DNA of 64,000 nucleotides from an uncultured Atopobiaceae bacterium (GTDB taxonomy: Bacteria; Actinomycetota; Coriobacteriia; Coriobacteriales; Atopobiaceae), in assembly GCA_963557715.1 (NCBI GenBank), contig CAUWCN010000006.1, forward strand, positions 3,468 to 67,467. Reading direction: 5' to 3'. The notes below the pieces were generated by a model. That model saw only the letters and a list, made by a program, of their open reading frames with translations. It was not told the DNA's origin and made no database searches. Made by a program: the position numbers and the translations under genes. The first letter of the stretch is position 1. Each line of letters starts with the position of its first letter. Shown in pieces: positions 10,593 through 20,753 of this stretch.

Positions 10593-11730
10593 GCCCGTGC
10601 TGGACGCCGCCCGCAAGGGCGGGTACGCCCAGGGTGCGTTCAACGTCAACGCCGTCTGCCAGGCGAAGGCCGCCATCGAGGTCCACCAGATGCTGCGCAG
10701 CGCCGCCATCCTGCAGGGCGCCGACCTGGCCAACGCCTTCATGGGAGGCCGCACCGACTTCGCCAACGGCACCGTCGAGGACAAGATCGCCGGCGCCCGC
10801 AACATCGGCGAGGCCGTCAAGAGGTACGCCGAGAAGGCCTCCATCCCCGTGGTCCTGCACCTCGACCACGGCCGCGACATGAGGAGCGTCGAGGCCGCCA
10901 TCGCCGGCGGCTACACCTCCGTCATGATCGACGGCTCCTCGCTCCCCTACGAGGAGAACGTCGAGCTCACGCGCGAGGTCGTCAAGTACGCCCACGCCCG
11001 CGGCGTCTCCGTCGAGGGCGAGCTGGGCGTCCTGGCCGGCGTCGAGGACCACGTCTTCGCCGCCTCCAGCACCTACACCAACCCGCTGACCGCCGTCGAC
11101 TTCGTCCGCAAGACCAAGGTCGACGCCCTGGCCATCAGCTACGGCACCATGCACGGCCCCTCCAAGGGCGCCGGCGTCAAGCTGCGCCGCGAGATTCCCG
11201 TCGCCATCCGCGAGTGCCTGTCGCACGAGGGCCTCGAGTGCGCCCTGGTGAGCCATGGCTCCTCCACCGTCCCCTCCTACATCGTCGAGGAGATCAACGA
11301 GCTGGGCGGCGACATCCGCAACGCCCACGGCATCAGCCTCTCCGAGCTCAAGGCCGCCATCCCCTGCGGCATCAACAAGATCAACGTCGACACCGACATC
11401 CGCCTGGCCGTCACGCGCAACATGCGCGAGCTGTTCGAGCGCCGCCCCGAGCTGCGCGAGAGCACCTCCGTCTCCGGCGTCTGGGACCTGCTCAGGGAGC
11501 ACCCCGAGAACCCCGACCCGCGCGCGTTCCTGCCGCCCGTCTTCGACACCGTCATGCACGGCACCGTGCCCGACGCCGACGTCCAGGCCCTCGTGGACGC
11601 CATCGAGGCCGGCGTGAAGGAGGCCATCGCCACCCTGGTCGTCGAGTTCGGCAGCTACGGCAAGGCCCCCAAGGTCGAGGTCGTCACCCTCGACGAGATG
11701 GCCGAGCGCTACGCGAAGGCCGGGATCTAG
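10573..11730 (+). CDS. class II ketose-bisphosphate aldolase
   Basis: GAFNV, LHLDH, SVMIDGS, VEGELG, GTMHG, HGSS and KINVDTD; carries a long C-terminal insertion. Confidence 0.9.
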   Translation: MPLVPLRPVLDAARKGGYAQGAFNVNAVCQAKAAIEVHQMLRSAAILQGADLANAFMGGRTDFANGTVEDKIAGARNIGEAVKRYAEKASIPVVLHLDHGRDMRSVEAAIAGGYTSVMIDGSSLPYEENVELTREVVKYAHARGVSVEGELGVLAGVEDHVFAASSTYTNPLTAVDFVRKTKVDALAISYGTMHGPSKGAGVKLRREIPVAIRECLSHEGLECALVSHGSSTVPSYIVEEINELGGDIRNAHGISLSELKAAIPCGINKINVDTDIRLAVTRNMRELFERRPELRESTSVSGVWDLLREHPENPDPRAFLPPVFDTVMHGTVPDADVQALVDAIEAGVKEAIATLVVEFGSYGKAPKVEVVTLDEMAERYAKAGI

Positions 11731-11731
11731 C

Positions 11732-12898
11732 ATGGCGGCCGACGGCCTTCTCGTCGTGCACGGGGGCGGGCCCACTGCGGTCATCAACGCCTCCCTGTAC
11801 GGCGCCGTGGACGAGGCGCTGCGCACGCCCGGCGTCGGCCGGGTCCTCGGCGCGCGCGGCGGCATGGGCGGCATCCTGGACGCCGACTTCGTCGACTTCC
11901 GCCAGGTGTCCCCCGAGCGCCTCTCGCTGCTGCCGCACTCGCCCTCCTCGGCGATCGGCACGAGCCGCAAGCCCCTCGAGGACGACGACTACCGCGACCT
12001 CGCCCACGCCCTGCGCGACTCCGGCATCCGGTGGCTGCTGCCCACCGGCGGCAACGGCACCATGGACACGTGCGGCCGCATCTGGCGCGCGTGCCGCGAG
12101 GAGGGCGTGCCCATCGACGTGGTGGGCATTCCCAAGACCATGGACAACGACATCGCCGTGACCGACCACGCCCCCGGCTTCGCAAGCGCAGCGCGCTACA
12201 TGGCGGCGAGCGTCTCGGAGGTCTGCTGCGACGTCCGCGGCCTGCCCATCCACATCGCCGTCGTCGAGGCCATGGGCCGCAACGCCGGCTGGGTCTGCGC
12301 CGCCTCGGCCCTGGCCGACGAGTCCGGCACCGGCGGCCCCGACCTCATCTACCTGCCCGAGCGCGACTTCGACGAGGACGCGTTCCTCGACGACTGCCAG
12401 CGCCTCATCGACGAGAAGGGCTCCGGCGTCGTCGTCGTCAGCGAGGGCCTGCACACCGACGACGGCACCCCCGTGGCCCCGCCCCTCATGACCGTGGGCC
12501 GCGCCACCTACTTCGGTGACGTCTCGGCCCACCTCGCCCGCCTCGTCATCGAGCGCCTGGGCTACAAGGCCCGCTCCGAGAAGCCCGGCCTGCTCGGCCG
12601 CGCCTCGATCGCCTGGCAGAGCGACGTCGACCGCGAGGAGGCGGTGGCCTGCGGCCGCGAGGCCGTGCGCGCCGCCCTCGAGGGCGACTCGGGCAAGATG
12701 GTCGGCATCGAGCGCGTCTCCACCGAGCCGTACGAGGCGCGCCTCGTGCGCATCCCCATCGAGCAGGTCATGCTCGAGGAGCGCACGCTGCCCGACGAGT
12801 ACGTCAACGAGCGCGGCAACGGCGTCACCGACGCCTACCGCGACTGGCTCAGGCCGCTGCTGGGCGCCCCGCTCAGGCGGTTCGCCAGCTTCTGCTGA
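11732..12898 (+). CDS. PfkA-family 6-phosphofructokinase-like kinase
   Basis: GGGPTAVIN, GGNGT, PKTMDND, EAMGR.AGW, LPE and VSEG motifs. Confidence 0.88.
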   Translation: MAADGLLVVHGGGPTAVINASLYGAVDEALRTPGVGRVLGARGGMGGILDADFVDFRQVSPERLSLLPHSPSSAIGTSRKPLEDDDYRDLAHALRDSGIRWLLPTGGNGTMDTCGRIWRACREEGVPIDVVGIPKTMDNDIAVTDHAPGFASAARYMAASVSEVCCDVRGLPIHIAVVEAMGRNAGWVCAASALADESGTGGPDLIYLPERDFDEDAFLDDCQRLIDEKGSGVVVVSEGLHTDDGTPVAPPLMTVGRATYFGDVSAHLARLVIERLGYKARSEKPGLLGRASIAWQSDVDREEAVACGREAVRAALEGDSGKMVGIERVSTEPYEARLVRIPIEQVMLEERTLPDEYVNERGNGVTDAYRDWLRPLLGAPLRRFASFC

Positions 12899-12936
12899 GC
12901 TCGCGCGCCACGACCGCATTCGACAACGGAGGGAAC

Positions 12937-13773
12937 ATGAAGCACATCTTCCTCAACCTCAAGAGATTCGACATCGTCCCGGAGCTCGGCGGCGTCAACC
13001 GCCTGGCCGCCCCCGCGCAGTGGGGCGAGGCCGTGACCTCCTCCATCAGGCAGGTCGCCGAGGCCCACGAGGACGTCGAGTTCGCTGCCTTCCTGCCCGA
13101 GGCGCACCTCGTCGGTGCCGTCCGCGGCGCCGAGGGCTCGCCCCTGGGCGTCGGCTGCCAGGGCGTCCACACCGCCGACACCGCCGTCGGCGGCGGCTTC
13201 GGCGCCTTCACCACCCTGCGCACCGGCAACTCCGTGGCCCAGCTCGGCTGCGGCTGGGCGCTCGTCGGCCACTGCGAGGAGCGCATGAACCTGCGCGCCG
13301 TCATGGGCGAGGCCGGCGCCGAAGGCCCGGAGGTGGAGGCAGCCGTCAGCCGCATCCTCTCCCGCGAGGTCGTCGCGGCGCAGGCCGCGGGCCTCAAGGT
13401 CCTCTTCTGCATGGGCGAGCGCACCGAGGAGCAGCCCGAGTGGGAGCGCGTCATCTCCGACCAGGTCCAGCAGGGCCTCGACGGCGCCGACCCCGACCGC
13501 GTGCGCATCGCCTACGAGCCCGTCTGGAGCATCGGCCCGGGCAAGGTGCCCGCCGACGCGCCCTACATCCAGAAGGTCGCCCGTCTCGTCAAGTCCTGCG
13601 CCCCCGGCGTCGACGTCGTCTACGGCGGCGGGCTGAAGGCCGACAACGCCGAGATGCTCGCGGGCATCCCCGAGGTCGACGGCGGGCTCATCGCCCTCAC
13701 GCGCTTCTCGGGCCAGATCGGCTTCTACCCCGACGAGTACGCGCAGATCGTCGAGCTCTACCTCAACGCCTAG
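12937..13773 (+). CDS. triosephosphate isomerase-like protein (divergent)
   Basis: NLK, GAFT, GHCEER, YEPVWSIG and YGGG; lacks the GGAS phosphate loop. Confidence 0.82.
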   Translation: MKHIFLNLKRFDIVPELGGVNRLAAPAQWGEAVTSSIRQVAEAHEDVEFAAFLPEAHLVGAVRGAEGSPLGVGCQGVHTADTAVGGGFGAFTTLRTGNSVAQLGCGWALVGHCEERMNLRAVMGEAGAEGPEVEAAVSRILSREVVAAQAAGLKVLFCMGERTEEQPEWERVISDQVQQGLDGADPDRVRIAYEPVWSIGPGKVPADAPYIQKVARLVKSCAPGVDVVYGGGLKADNAEMLAGIPEVDGGLIALTRFSGQIGFYPDEYAQIVELYLNA

Positions 13774-13834
13774 TCACCGGCCGCGGGCCCGCGCACCCTG
13801 GTGCGGGCCCGCGCCACATGGAAAGGAACACCAC

Positions 13835-15331
13835 ATGAGACTTGAGTTCGAGTACGGCACCGGCAAGATGGCGGCGGACCTCCCCGACTCCACCGACGTC
13901 TTCGTCACCGGAGAGACCGTCAAGGACCCGCAGTGCCTGCCCCAGGACTGGGACAGCCTCTACGCCGCCACGCTCGACTCCATCCGCCACCCCATCGGCA
14001 TGGAGCCCCTCGCCGACCTGGCCCACCCCGGCGCCACGGCCGTCATCGTGATCCCGGACATCATCAAGGGCGGCACGCAGCCCACCGCGCACCGCAAGGT
14101 CGCCATCCGCGCCTGCCTCGACGAGCTGTTCGCCAACGGCGTGCGCCACGACGACGTGCTGCTGCTCTTCTCCAACGGCCTGCACCCGCGCACCACGACG
14201 CAGGAGGCCAGGGAGATCCTGGGCCAGGAGCTCTTCGACGAGTTCTACTACACCAACCAGATCACCAGCCACGACTCCGAGGACTACGACCACCTCGTCG
14301 ACCTCGGCTGCACCGCGCAGGGCGACCACGTCATCATGAACAAGTACGTCTACGACGCGGACATCGCCATCCTCATCGGCCACACCCAGGGCAACCCCTA
14401 CGGCGGCTACTCCGGCGGCTACAAGCACTGCGCCACCGGCATCACGCACTGGCGCTCCATCAGCGCGCACCACGTGCCCAAGGTCATGAACCGCCCCGAC
14501 TTCGTCCCCGTCTCCACGCACAGCCTCATGCGCGACAAGTTCGACCAGCAGGGCATGTTCATGGAAGAGAAGATGGGCAAGAAGTTCTTCTGCTGCGACG
14601 CCGTCCTGGACACCTGGAGCCGCCAGATCGAGATCAACTCCGGCTGGGCCGCCGAGATGCAGCCCGTCGCCTGGAAGACCGCCGACAAGCGCACCTACGT
14701 CCACTGGGCCGAGAAGAAGTACGACATCGTCGTCATGGGCATGCCCACCAAGTTCCACTACGGCGACGGCATGGGCACCAACCCCATCCAGATGATGCAG
14801 GGCATCTCCGCCCAGGTCATCCGCCACAAGCGCATCCTGTCCGACCACTGCGTCTTCGTCATCGCCAGCTACTGCGACGGCTGGTTCCACGACGAGCGCT
14901 GGCCGTACCTGCGCGAGGAGTGGGAGCTCTGGCAGTCCGACAAGATGAACACCCTCGACGACATGATCAAGTACGGCGAGTACTTCGCCACCAACGAGGA
15001 GTACATCCGCAAGTACCGCTACGCCCACGCCTTCCACCCGTTCCACGGCTTCAGCATGATGACCTGCGGCAACCTCGCCGAGAAGTACCTGAGCGCCACC
15101 TACATCGTCGGCGCCCAGAAGCCCGGCATCGCCCGCACCATGGGCCTCAAGACCCGCGCCACCTTCGAGGAGGCCATCGCCGACGCCACCGCGAAGTACA
15201 CCGACGGCCACCCCAACATCCTGGCCCTCCCCGGCGCGTACACCTCCGCCGTCCCGCACCTGTGCATGAAGGACCCGTCGCTCAACAGCCACTACCGCGA
15301 CGACGCCCCCGCGCACCCCTGCGGCTGCTAG
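13835..15331 (+). CDS. LarA (lactate racemase)-family nickel-pincer protein, divergent
   Basis: YG N-terminus, PIG..PL.DL, IVIPD, NGLH, HD, G.T..G..V..N, GYSGGYK and later His. Confidence 0.8.
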   Translation: MRLEFEYGTGKMAADLPDSTDVFVTGETVKDPQCLPQDWDSLYAATLDSIRHPIGMEPLADLAHPGATAVIVIPDIIKGGTQPTAHRKVAIRACLDELFANGVRHDDVLLLFSNGLHPRTTTQEAREILGQELFDEFYYTNQITSHDSEDYDHLVDLGCTAQGDHVIMNKYVYDADIAILIGHTQGNPYGGYSGGYKHCATGITHWRSISAHHVPKVMNRPDFVPVSTHSLMRDKFDQQGMFMEEKMGKKFFCCDAVLDTWSRQIEINSGWAAEMQPVAWKTADKRTYVHWAEKKYDIVVMGMPTKFHYGDGMGTNPIQMMQGISAQVIRHKRILSDHCVFVIASYCDGWFHDERWPYLREEWELWQSDKMNTLDDMIKYGEYFATNEEYIRKYRYAHAFHPFHGFSMMTCGNLAEKYLSATYIVGAQKPGIARTMGLKTRATFEEAIADATAKYTDGHPNILALPGAYTSAVPHLCMKDPSLNSHYRDDAPAHPCGC

Positions 15332-15340
15332 GGACGCGAC

Positions 15341-16630
15341 GTGATCCGGCTTGACCTGAGCCACCTCGGCGCGCGCGTGGGCCTCGACGACCTCGCGCGC
15401 GCCGGAGCCGGACGCGAGGCCCTTCTCGCCGCCTGCCAGGCCGGCGAGAGGGGCGACCGCGCGTCCCTGGGATGGCTCCGCACCTCCGAGTGGGCCGACG
15501 ACGCCCACCTCGACCAGATCGAGGCCCTGGCGGCCCGCCTGCGTGGCCTGGCGGACACCTTCGTCCTCATCGGCGTGGGAGGCTCCAACAACGCCGCACG
15601 CGCCATCCTGGGCGCCCTGGGGGCCCGCGACGGCTCGCTCGACGGCGGGGCGCACCGCGTCGTGTGGGCGGGCAACACGCTCTCGGCATTCCAGCTCAAC
15701 CGCGTCCTCGAGGACCTCGAGGGCCACGAGGTGGCCATCGACTGCGTGGCCAAGAACTTCCAGACCCTCGAGCCCGGCTCGTCGTTCCGGCTCCTGCGCC
15801 AGCGCCTCGTCGCCCGGCACGGCGAGCGCGAGGCCGCGCGGCGCATCGTCTGCTGCGGCACGCCCGGCTCGTCGCTCGAGGACCTGAGCCGCGAGCAGGG
15901 CTACGCGTTCCTCCCCTTCCCGCCCGACGTCGGCGGCCGCTACACCGCCCTGACCGGCGTGCACCTGCTGGCGCTCGCCTTCGCCGGCGCCGACGTCCGC
16001 GCGCTCGTGGCGGGCGCGCGCGACGAGGAGCGCGAGCTGCTCTCGGCGCCCGCGGGCTCCAACATGGCGTGGGACTACGCCTGCGCCCGGAAGGCCGCCT
16101 GGGACGCCGGCCTGCGCATCGAGCTCCTCGGCCTCTTCGAGCCGCGCCTCGCCGGCTTCGGCAAGTGGTTCGAGCAGCTCTTCGCCGAGAGCGAGGGCAA
16201 GGACGGGCTGGGGCTTCTGCCCTGCTCGGCCGAGTACTCCGAGGAGCTCCACAGCCTGGGGCAGTACGTCCAGGACGGCACGCCCCAACTCATGGAGACG
16301 TTCGTCGAGGTCCTCGGGCGCGGCGAGGGCGACTCGCTGCCCTGCGGCCCCACCGACGTCGACGACGGCTTCGGCTACCTCGACGACCTGGACTTCTGGG
16401 ACGTCAACCGCGCGAGCTTCGAGGCCACGCGCGACGCCCACGCGCAGCGGCTGCCCGTCCTGTGCGTGCAGCTCGACCGGCTGTGCGAGGAGGACCTGGG
16501 CCGGCTGCTCTACTTCGAGATGCTCTCGTGCTACCTCTCGGCCGAGCTGCTGGGGGTCGACCCCTTCGACCAGCCCGGCGTCGAGGCCTACAAGCGGCGC
16601 ATGTTCGCCGCGCTCGGGGCCGCGCGCTGA
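15341..16630 (+). CDS. glucose-6-phosphate isomerase-like protein (divergent)
   Basis: LGW, IGVGGS, GGRY, QLFAESEGK, LHSLGQ and PFDQPGVEAYK; AKNFQT replaces SKSGxT. Confidence 0.85.
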   Translation: MIRLDLSHLGARVGLDDLARAGAGREALLAACQAGERGDRASLGWLRTSEWADDAHLDQIEALAARLRGLADTFVLIGVGGSNNAARAILGALGARDGSLDGGAHRVVWAGNTLSAFQLNRVLEDLEGHEVAIDCVAKNFQTLEPGSSFRLLRQRLVARHGEREAARRIVCCGTPGSSLEDLSREQGYAFLPFPPDVGGRYTALTGVHLLALAFAGADVRALVAGARDEERELLSAPAGSNMAWDYACARKAAWDAGLRIELLGLFEPRLAGFGKWFEQLFAESEGKDGLGLLPCSAEYSEELHSLGQYVQDGTPQLMETFVEVLGRGEGDSLPCGPTDVDDGFGYLDDLDFWDVNRASFEATRDAHAQRLPVLCVQLDRLCEEDLGRLLYFEMLSCYLSAELLGVDPFDQPGVEAYKRRMFAALGAAR

Positions 16631-16882
16631 CGTCGGCGAGAGGCGCGTGACCGCCGGGGGCACAGCGGCCACGCGGCCCCGGCCCCGCCGGGTGCGGGGC
16701 GCCCGTCGCACGGCACCCGCACCGCACGCCGCACCCGGTGACGGCCCCGCGCCGCACCGCACGACGCCCGCACCGGCCCAGACGGCGCCCCGCCCCCCCG
16801 CGAGGAGGGCGGGGCGCCGCGTTCCTCTCGCCGGGCAACGGGTACAACCCCCCCACGGAAGCACACGTGGAGGGGAGCGGTC

Positions 16883-17293
16883 ATGGCACAGGAGTACGCG
16901 GCGACGGGCAAGTACACGACGCTGGACCCGACGCAGCTGGCGGAGTCGATGGAGCGCCTCGAGGGGGTCTGCGTCGTGGCCACCGTCAACGAGGACGCGA
17001 CGCCCAACGCGGCGATCTTCGTCCCCACCATGCCCGACGAGTCGCACGTGGCCCTGGTCCTGGGCCCCAACCGCACGCGCGAGAACATCGAGCGCACCGG
17101 CACCTGCACGATGGTCTACGACGTGATGGACCCCACGGCCACGACCAAGGCCGAATCCCACCGCGGTGCGCGCCTGGCCCTCTCGCTGGTGCGCCCGGAC
17201 GAGGAGGAGCACGCCCGCGTCGAGGCCGCCTGGCCGCACTTCAACGAGTACACGCTGCTGCTGCGCGTCGAGCGCCTCGAGCTCGTCGGCTAG
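16883..17293 (+). CDS. pyridoxamine 5'-phosphate oxidase-like (split-barrel) protein
   Basis: VVATVNEDATPNAA and NRTRENI motifs; RBS GGAGGGGAG; -10-like TACAAC at 16843. Confidence 0.7.
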   Translation: MAQEYAATGKYTTLDPTQLAESMERLEGVCVVATVNEDATPNAAIFVPTMPDESHVALVLGPNRTRENIERTGTCTMVYDVMDPTATTKAESHRGARLALSLVRPDEEEHARVEAAWPHFNEYTLLLRVERLELVG

Positions 17294-17316
17294 CGCGGCG
17301 CGGGGACGGGGGCGAG

Positions 17317-18099
17317 ATGCGCGCACACTCCACGCTCGTCGTGATGCGACACGGCGAGAGCACCTGGACGGACCCGAGCGTCAACCGCTTCGCCGGATGG
17401 GTGGACGTCCCGCTCACCGAGCGCGGCCGGGCGCAGGCGGCCCACGCAGGCGACCTGCTCAAGGGCGCCGGCCTGCGGCCCGAGGCGTGCTTCACGTCGC
17501 TGCTGCGGCGCTCGATCGTCACGGCCGACATCGTGCTGGACGCCGCCGAGCGCCTCTGGGTGCCCGTCGAACGCACCTGGCGCCTCAACGAGCGCCACTA
17601 CGGCGCGTTCCAGGGCCAGACGCGCCCCGCCATGCGCGAGCGCTACGGCGAGGAGCTCTTCTCGGCGTGCCGGCGCGGCCACGACGTGCGCCCGCCGCTC
17701 ATCTCGCTGGACTCGCCGTACTACCAGGGCTCCGACGAGCGCTACCGGCCCGACGGGCTCGACGGGACCGACCCGTCGCAGGTCCGCGGCGAGTCGCTGG
17801 CCGACGTGGAGACACGCGTGCGCCCCTGGTGGGAGCGCTGCCTGCTGCCGAGGCTGTCGGGCAGCACGACGCTGCTCGTGGTGACCCACGGCTCCGTGGC
17901 CCGGGCGCTGCGCGGGATGCTCGAGGGCCTGGACGCCCAGAGCGCGGCGCGCCTGGACGTGCCCACCGGCGTGCCGCTCACCTACGAGCTGGAGTGCGAC
18001 GGCGAGGGCGGCTGGCGCCTCATCGGCCCGGGCACCTACTTGGACCCGGACGCCGCCAAGGAGGGCATCCGCGCCGCGCGCGACCTGGGCCGGATCTAG
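17317..18099 (+). CDS. gpmA: 2,3-bisphosphoglycerate-dependent phosphoglycerate mutase family
   Basis: MRHGES, FAGWVDVPL, LNERHYG, GESL, HGS and PTG.P motifs. Confidence 0.82.
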   Translation: MRAHSTLVVMRHGESTWTDPSVNRFAGWVDVPLTERGRAQAAHAGDLLKGAGLRPEACFTSLLRRSIVTADIVLDAAERLWVPVERTWRLNERHYGAFQGQTRPAMRERYGEELFSACRRGHDVRPPLISLDSPYYQGSDERYRPDGLDGTDPSQVRGESLADVETRVRPWWERCLLPRLSGSTTLLVVTHGSVARALRGMLEGLDAQSAARLDVPTGVPLTYELECDGEGGWRLIGPGTYLDPDAAKEGIRAARDLGRI

Positions 18100-18211
18100 G
18101 CGACGACGCCTGCGCCGGCGGCAGGGCACACGTGACCAAGACGGGACGCGACCGCGCAGCCCGGCCCGGGCGCGTGCCGGGCCCGGGCTGCGACCGCAGG
18201 CCCGACGGCCG

Positions 18212-20671
18212 CTAGCTGCGGACCTCGCCGCCGGTGGCCTTGCAGACCTTCTTCACCAGGCGCTCGTGGGCCTTCTCGACCTCCTCGGAGGTCAGGGTGC
18301 GGTCGGCCGCGCGGTACGTCAGCGAGAAGGCCATGGACTTCTTGCCCTCGCCCACGCGCTCGGCGTCGCGGTAGACGTCGAAGAGCCTCACGTCGGCCAG
18401 GAGCTTGCCACCGGCCGAGCCGATGCGCTGGAGCAGCATCTCGTACGTCACGGACTCGTCGACGACGATGGCCAGGTCGTGGGTCACGCCCGGGAACGTC
18501 GGGACGTCGCGGTAGGGCAGCTCGTCGTGGGCCAGGCGCAGCAGCGCGGCGACCGACAGCTCGAAGGCCACGACGTCGCGCTCAACGCCCATGCGGGCGA
18601 GGGAGGCGGGGTGCACGTTGCCCACCCAGCCGAGGAGCTCGCCGCCGGCCAGGACCTCCGCGGAGCGGCCCGGCTGCAGCCACGGGTAGGTCTGCGGATC
18701 GGCCGCGCGGAACCTCACCTTGGCGACGCGCAGGGACTCGAGCAGGCGCTCCACGACGCCCTTGGCGTCGAAGAAGTCGTACTCGTCGTAGCGCAGGTTC
18801 CAGGCGTCGTCGGCCCTGCGGCCCGCGAGGACGCCGGCAACGTACATGGGCTCGTCCGGCTGGCTGCGCCTCTCGTGGCCGAAGAACACGCGGCCGAGCT
18901 CGTAGAGGGCGACGTTCTCGACGCCGTGGTCGAGGTTGTACGCCACGGAGCGCACGAGGCCCGGCAGCAGCGAGCGGCGCATCTCGGACTGGTCGGCCAC
19001 GAGCGGGTTGATCACCTTGACGGGCACGCCGCGGCCGGCCTCGGTGATGCCGAGGCGCTCGAGGTCGGCGGGGTCGGCGAAGCAGTACGTGGTGGTCTCG
19101 GACAGGCCGCAGGCGCGCAGCGTGGAGCCCACGAGGCGCAGGCGGCGCTGCTCGAGGGTGAGCCCGCCGGCGTGGTTGCGGGCGGCCGGCAGCGTGGGTT
19201 CGATGTCGCCCTCGCCCCACAGGCGCACGACCTCCTCGACGAGGTCGACCTCGCGGGTGAGGTCGGGGCGGTTGCTCGGCACGCCCACGCGGAAGTGCGC
19301 GACGTCGTCGCGCTCGACGGTGCAGCCCAGGCGCTCGAGGCGGCTCGTGACGAACGAGTTGGTGATGTCGGCGCCGGCCAGCTGGCGGACGCGCGCCGGG
19401 CGCAGCGTGACGACGACCGGCTCGGCCGGGGCCGGGCACACGTCGACGGTGCCGGGGCAGACCTCGGCGCCGCAGCACTGCTCGAGCAGGGCGGCGGCCA
19501 CGTCGGCGGCCTCGGCGCAGCCGCAGGGGTCGACCTGGCGCTCGAAGCGGATGGACGCCTCGCTCATGAGGTCGAGGTTGCGGCTCGTGCGAGAGGTGTG
19601 GCCCGCCGAGAAGCACGCGCTCTCGATGAGGACCTCAGTCGTGGCGTCGGTGACCTCGGAGTCCTGACCGCCCATGACGCCGGCGAGGGCCACGGGGGTA
19701 GCGCCGTCGTCGGCGATGACGCACATGTCGGGCGTGAGCTCGCGCCTCTCGCCGTCCAGGGTCACGATGGACTCGCCGTCGCGGGCGGCGCGCACCACGA
19801 CGTGGCGACGGCCGTCGCGCTCGGAGAGCGTGGCCAGGTCGAAGGCGTGCAGGGGCTGGCCGGTGAGGTACATGACGTAGTTGGTCACGTCCACGACGTT
19901 GTTGACGGAGCGGCCGCCGGCGGCGGCGACGCGGCGGGCGAGCCACTCGGGCGAGGGGCCCACCTTGACGTTGCGCACGACGCGCGCGGCGTAGCGCGAG
20001 CACAGCTCGGGGTCCTCGACGCTGACCTCGACGAGGTCGTGGGCGTCGGGGCCCTTCTCGGCGCAGACGGCGGGCAGCTCGACGTGGGCGTCGACGTCCA
20101 GAGCGGCCGAGACCTCGACGGCCATGCCGCGCATGGACAGGCAGTCCGGGCGGTTGGGCGTGATCTCGCAGTCGATGACGGTGTCGGACAGGCCCAGGTA
20201 GTCGGTGTAGTCCATGCCGACGGGGGCGTCGGGCGGCAGGATGATGATGCCGTCGTGCTCCGAGCCCATGCCCAGCTCGCGGGCCGAGCAGTTCATGCCG
20301 CACGACTCGACGCCGCGCAGCTTGCTCTTCTTGATGCGGAAGTCGCCCGGCAGGACGGCGCCGATCATCGCGGTGACGATGTGGTCGCCCTCCTCGAAGT
20401 TCTGGGCACCGCAGACGATCTGCAGCGGGACGGGGTTGCCGTCGGCGTCGACGTTGCGGTCGCCGACGCTGACCTGGCAGAGCCACATGTGGTCGGAGTC
20501 GGGGTGCGGGCGCTTGCTGACCACCTGGGCGGTCACGACGTTGGCGAGGTCGGCGCCGACCTTCTCGACGGCCTCGACCTCGGTGCCGGTGCGGACCAGC
20601 TGCGCCACGAGGTCCTGGGGGTCCTCGGGCAGGTCGACCATGGTGTTGAGCCACTCGTACGAGATGCGCAT
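18212..20671 (-). CDS. pheT: phenylalanine--tRNA ligase beta subunit
   Basis: IVCGA, ITPNRPDCLS, NNVVDVTNY, GQPLHAFD and FDX-ACB C-terminus (FDVY..GKKS..RTLT). Confidence 0.98.
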   Translation of the reverse strand: MRISYEWLNTMVDLPEDPQDLVAQLVRTGTEVEAVEKVGADLANVVTAQVVSKRPHPDSDHMWLCQVSVGDRNVDADGNPVPLQIVCGAQNFEEGDHIVTAMIGAVLPGDFRIKKSKLRGVESCGMNCSARELGMGSEHDGIIILPPDAPVGMDYTDYLGLSDTVIDCEITPNRPDCLSMRGMAVEVSAALDVDAHVELPAVCAEKGPDAHDLVEVSVEDPELCSRYAARVVRNVKVGPSPEWLARRVAAAGGRSVNNVVDVTNYVMYLTGQPLHAFDLATLSERDGRRHVVVRAARDGESIVTLDGERRELTPDMCVIADDGATPVALAGVMGGQDSEVTDATTEVLIESACFSAGHTSRTSRNLDLMSEASIRFERQVDPCGCAEAADVAAALLEQCCGAEVCPGTVDVCPAPAEPVVVTLRPARVRQLAGADITNSFVTSRLERLGCTVERDDVAHFRVGVPSNRPDLTREVDLVEEVVRLWGEGDIEPTLPAARNHAGGLTLEQRRLRLVGSTLRACGLSETTTYCFADPADLERLGITEAGRGVPVKVINPLVADQSEMRRSLLPGLVRSVAYNLDHGVENVALYELGRVFFGHERRSQPDEPMYVAGVLAGRRADDAWNLRYDEYDFFDAKGVVERLLESLRVAKVRFRAADPQTYPWLQPGRSAEVLAGGELLGWVGNVHPASLARMGVERDVVAFELSVAALLRLAHDELPYRDVPTFPGVTHDLAIVVDESVTYEMLLQRIGSAGGKLLADVRLFDVYRDAERVGEGKKSMAFSLTYRAADRTLTSEEVEKAHERLVKKVCKATGGEVRS

Positions 20672-20753
20672 GATTCGTGCCTTTCTGTTGCGCGGGAGTT
20701 GTTCGTGGGGTCGCGCGGGCGCGGGCCTGGTCGGCGCGCCCGGGCGCCGCAGG

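Noticed and set aside
11732-12898. Calling the PFK pyrophosphate-dependent
   Set aside because: It has the PKT Lys but Gly (GGNG) rather than Asp at the donor-determining position, so the donor cannot be assigned; ATP is at least as plausible.
16631-16882. Very GC-rich spacers (also 44070-44315, 50810-51070, 57300-57700) as ncRNAs or small ORFs
   Set aside because: No recognisable RNA family motif; pairing is expected by chance at this GC content.
16883-18099. PNPOx-like gene and gpmA as part of the LarA/LacI operon
   Set aside because: Separated by about 250 bp with their own -10-like element and no LacI operator seen; membership is unsupported.
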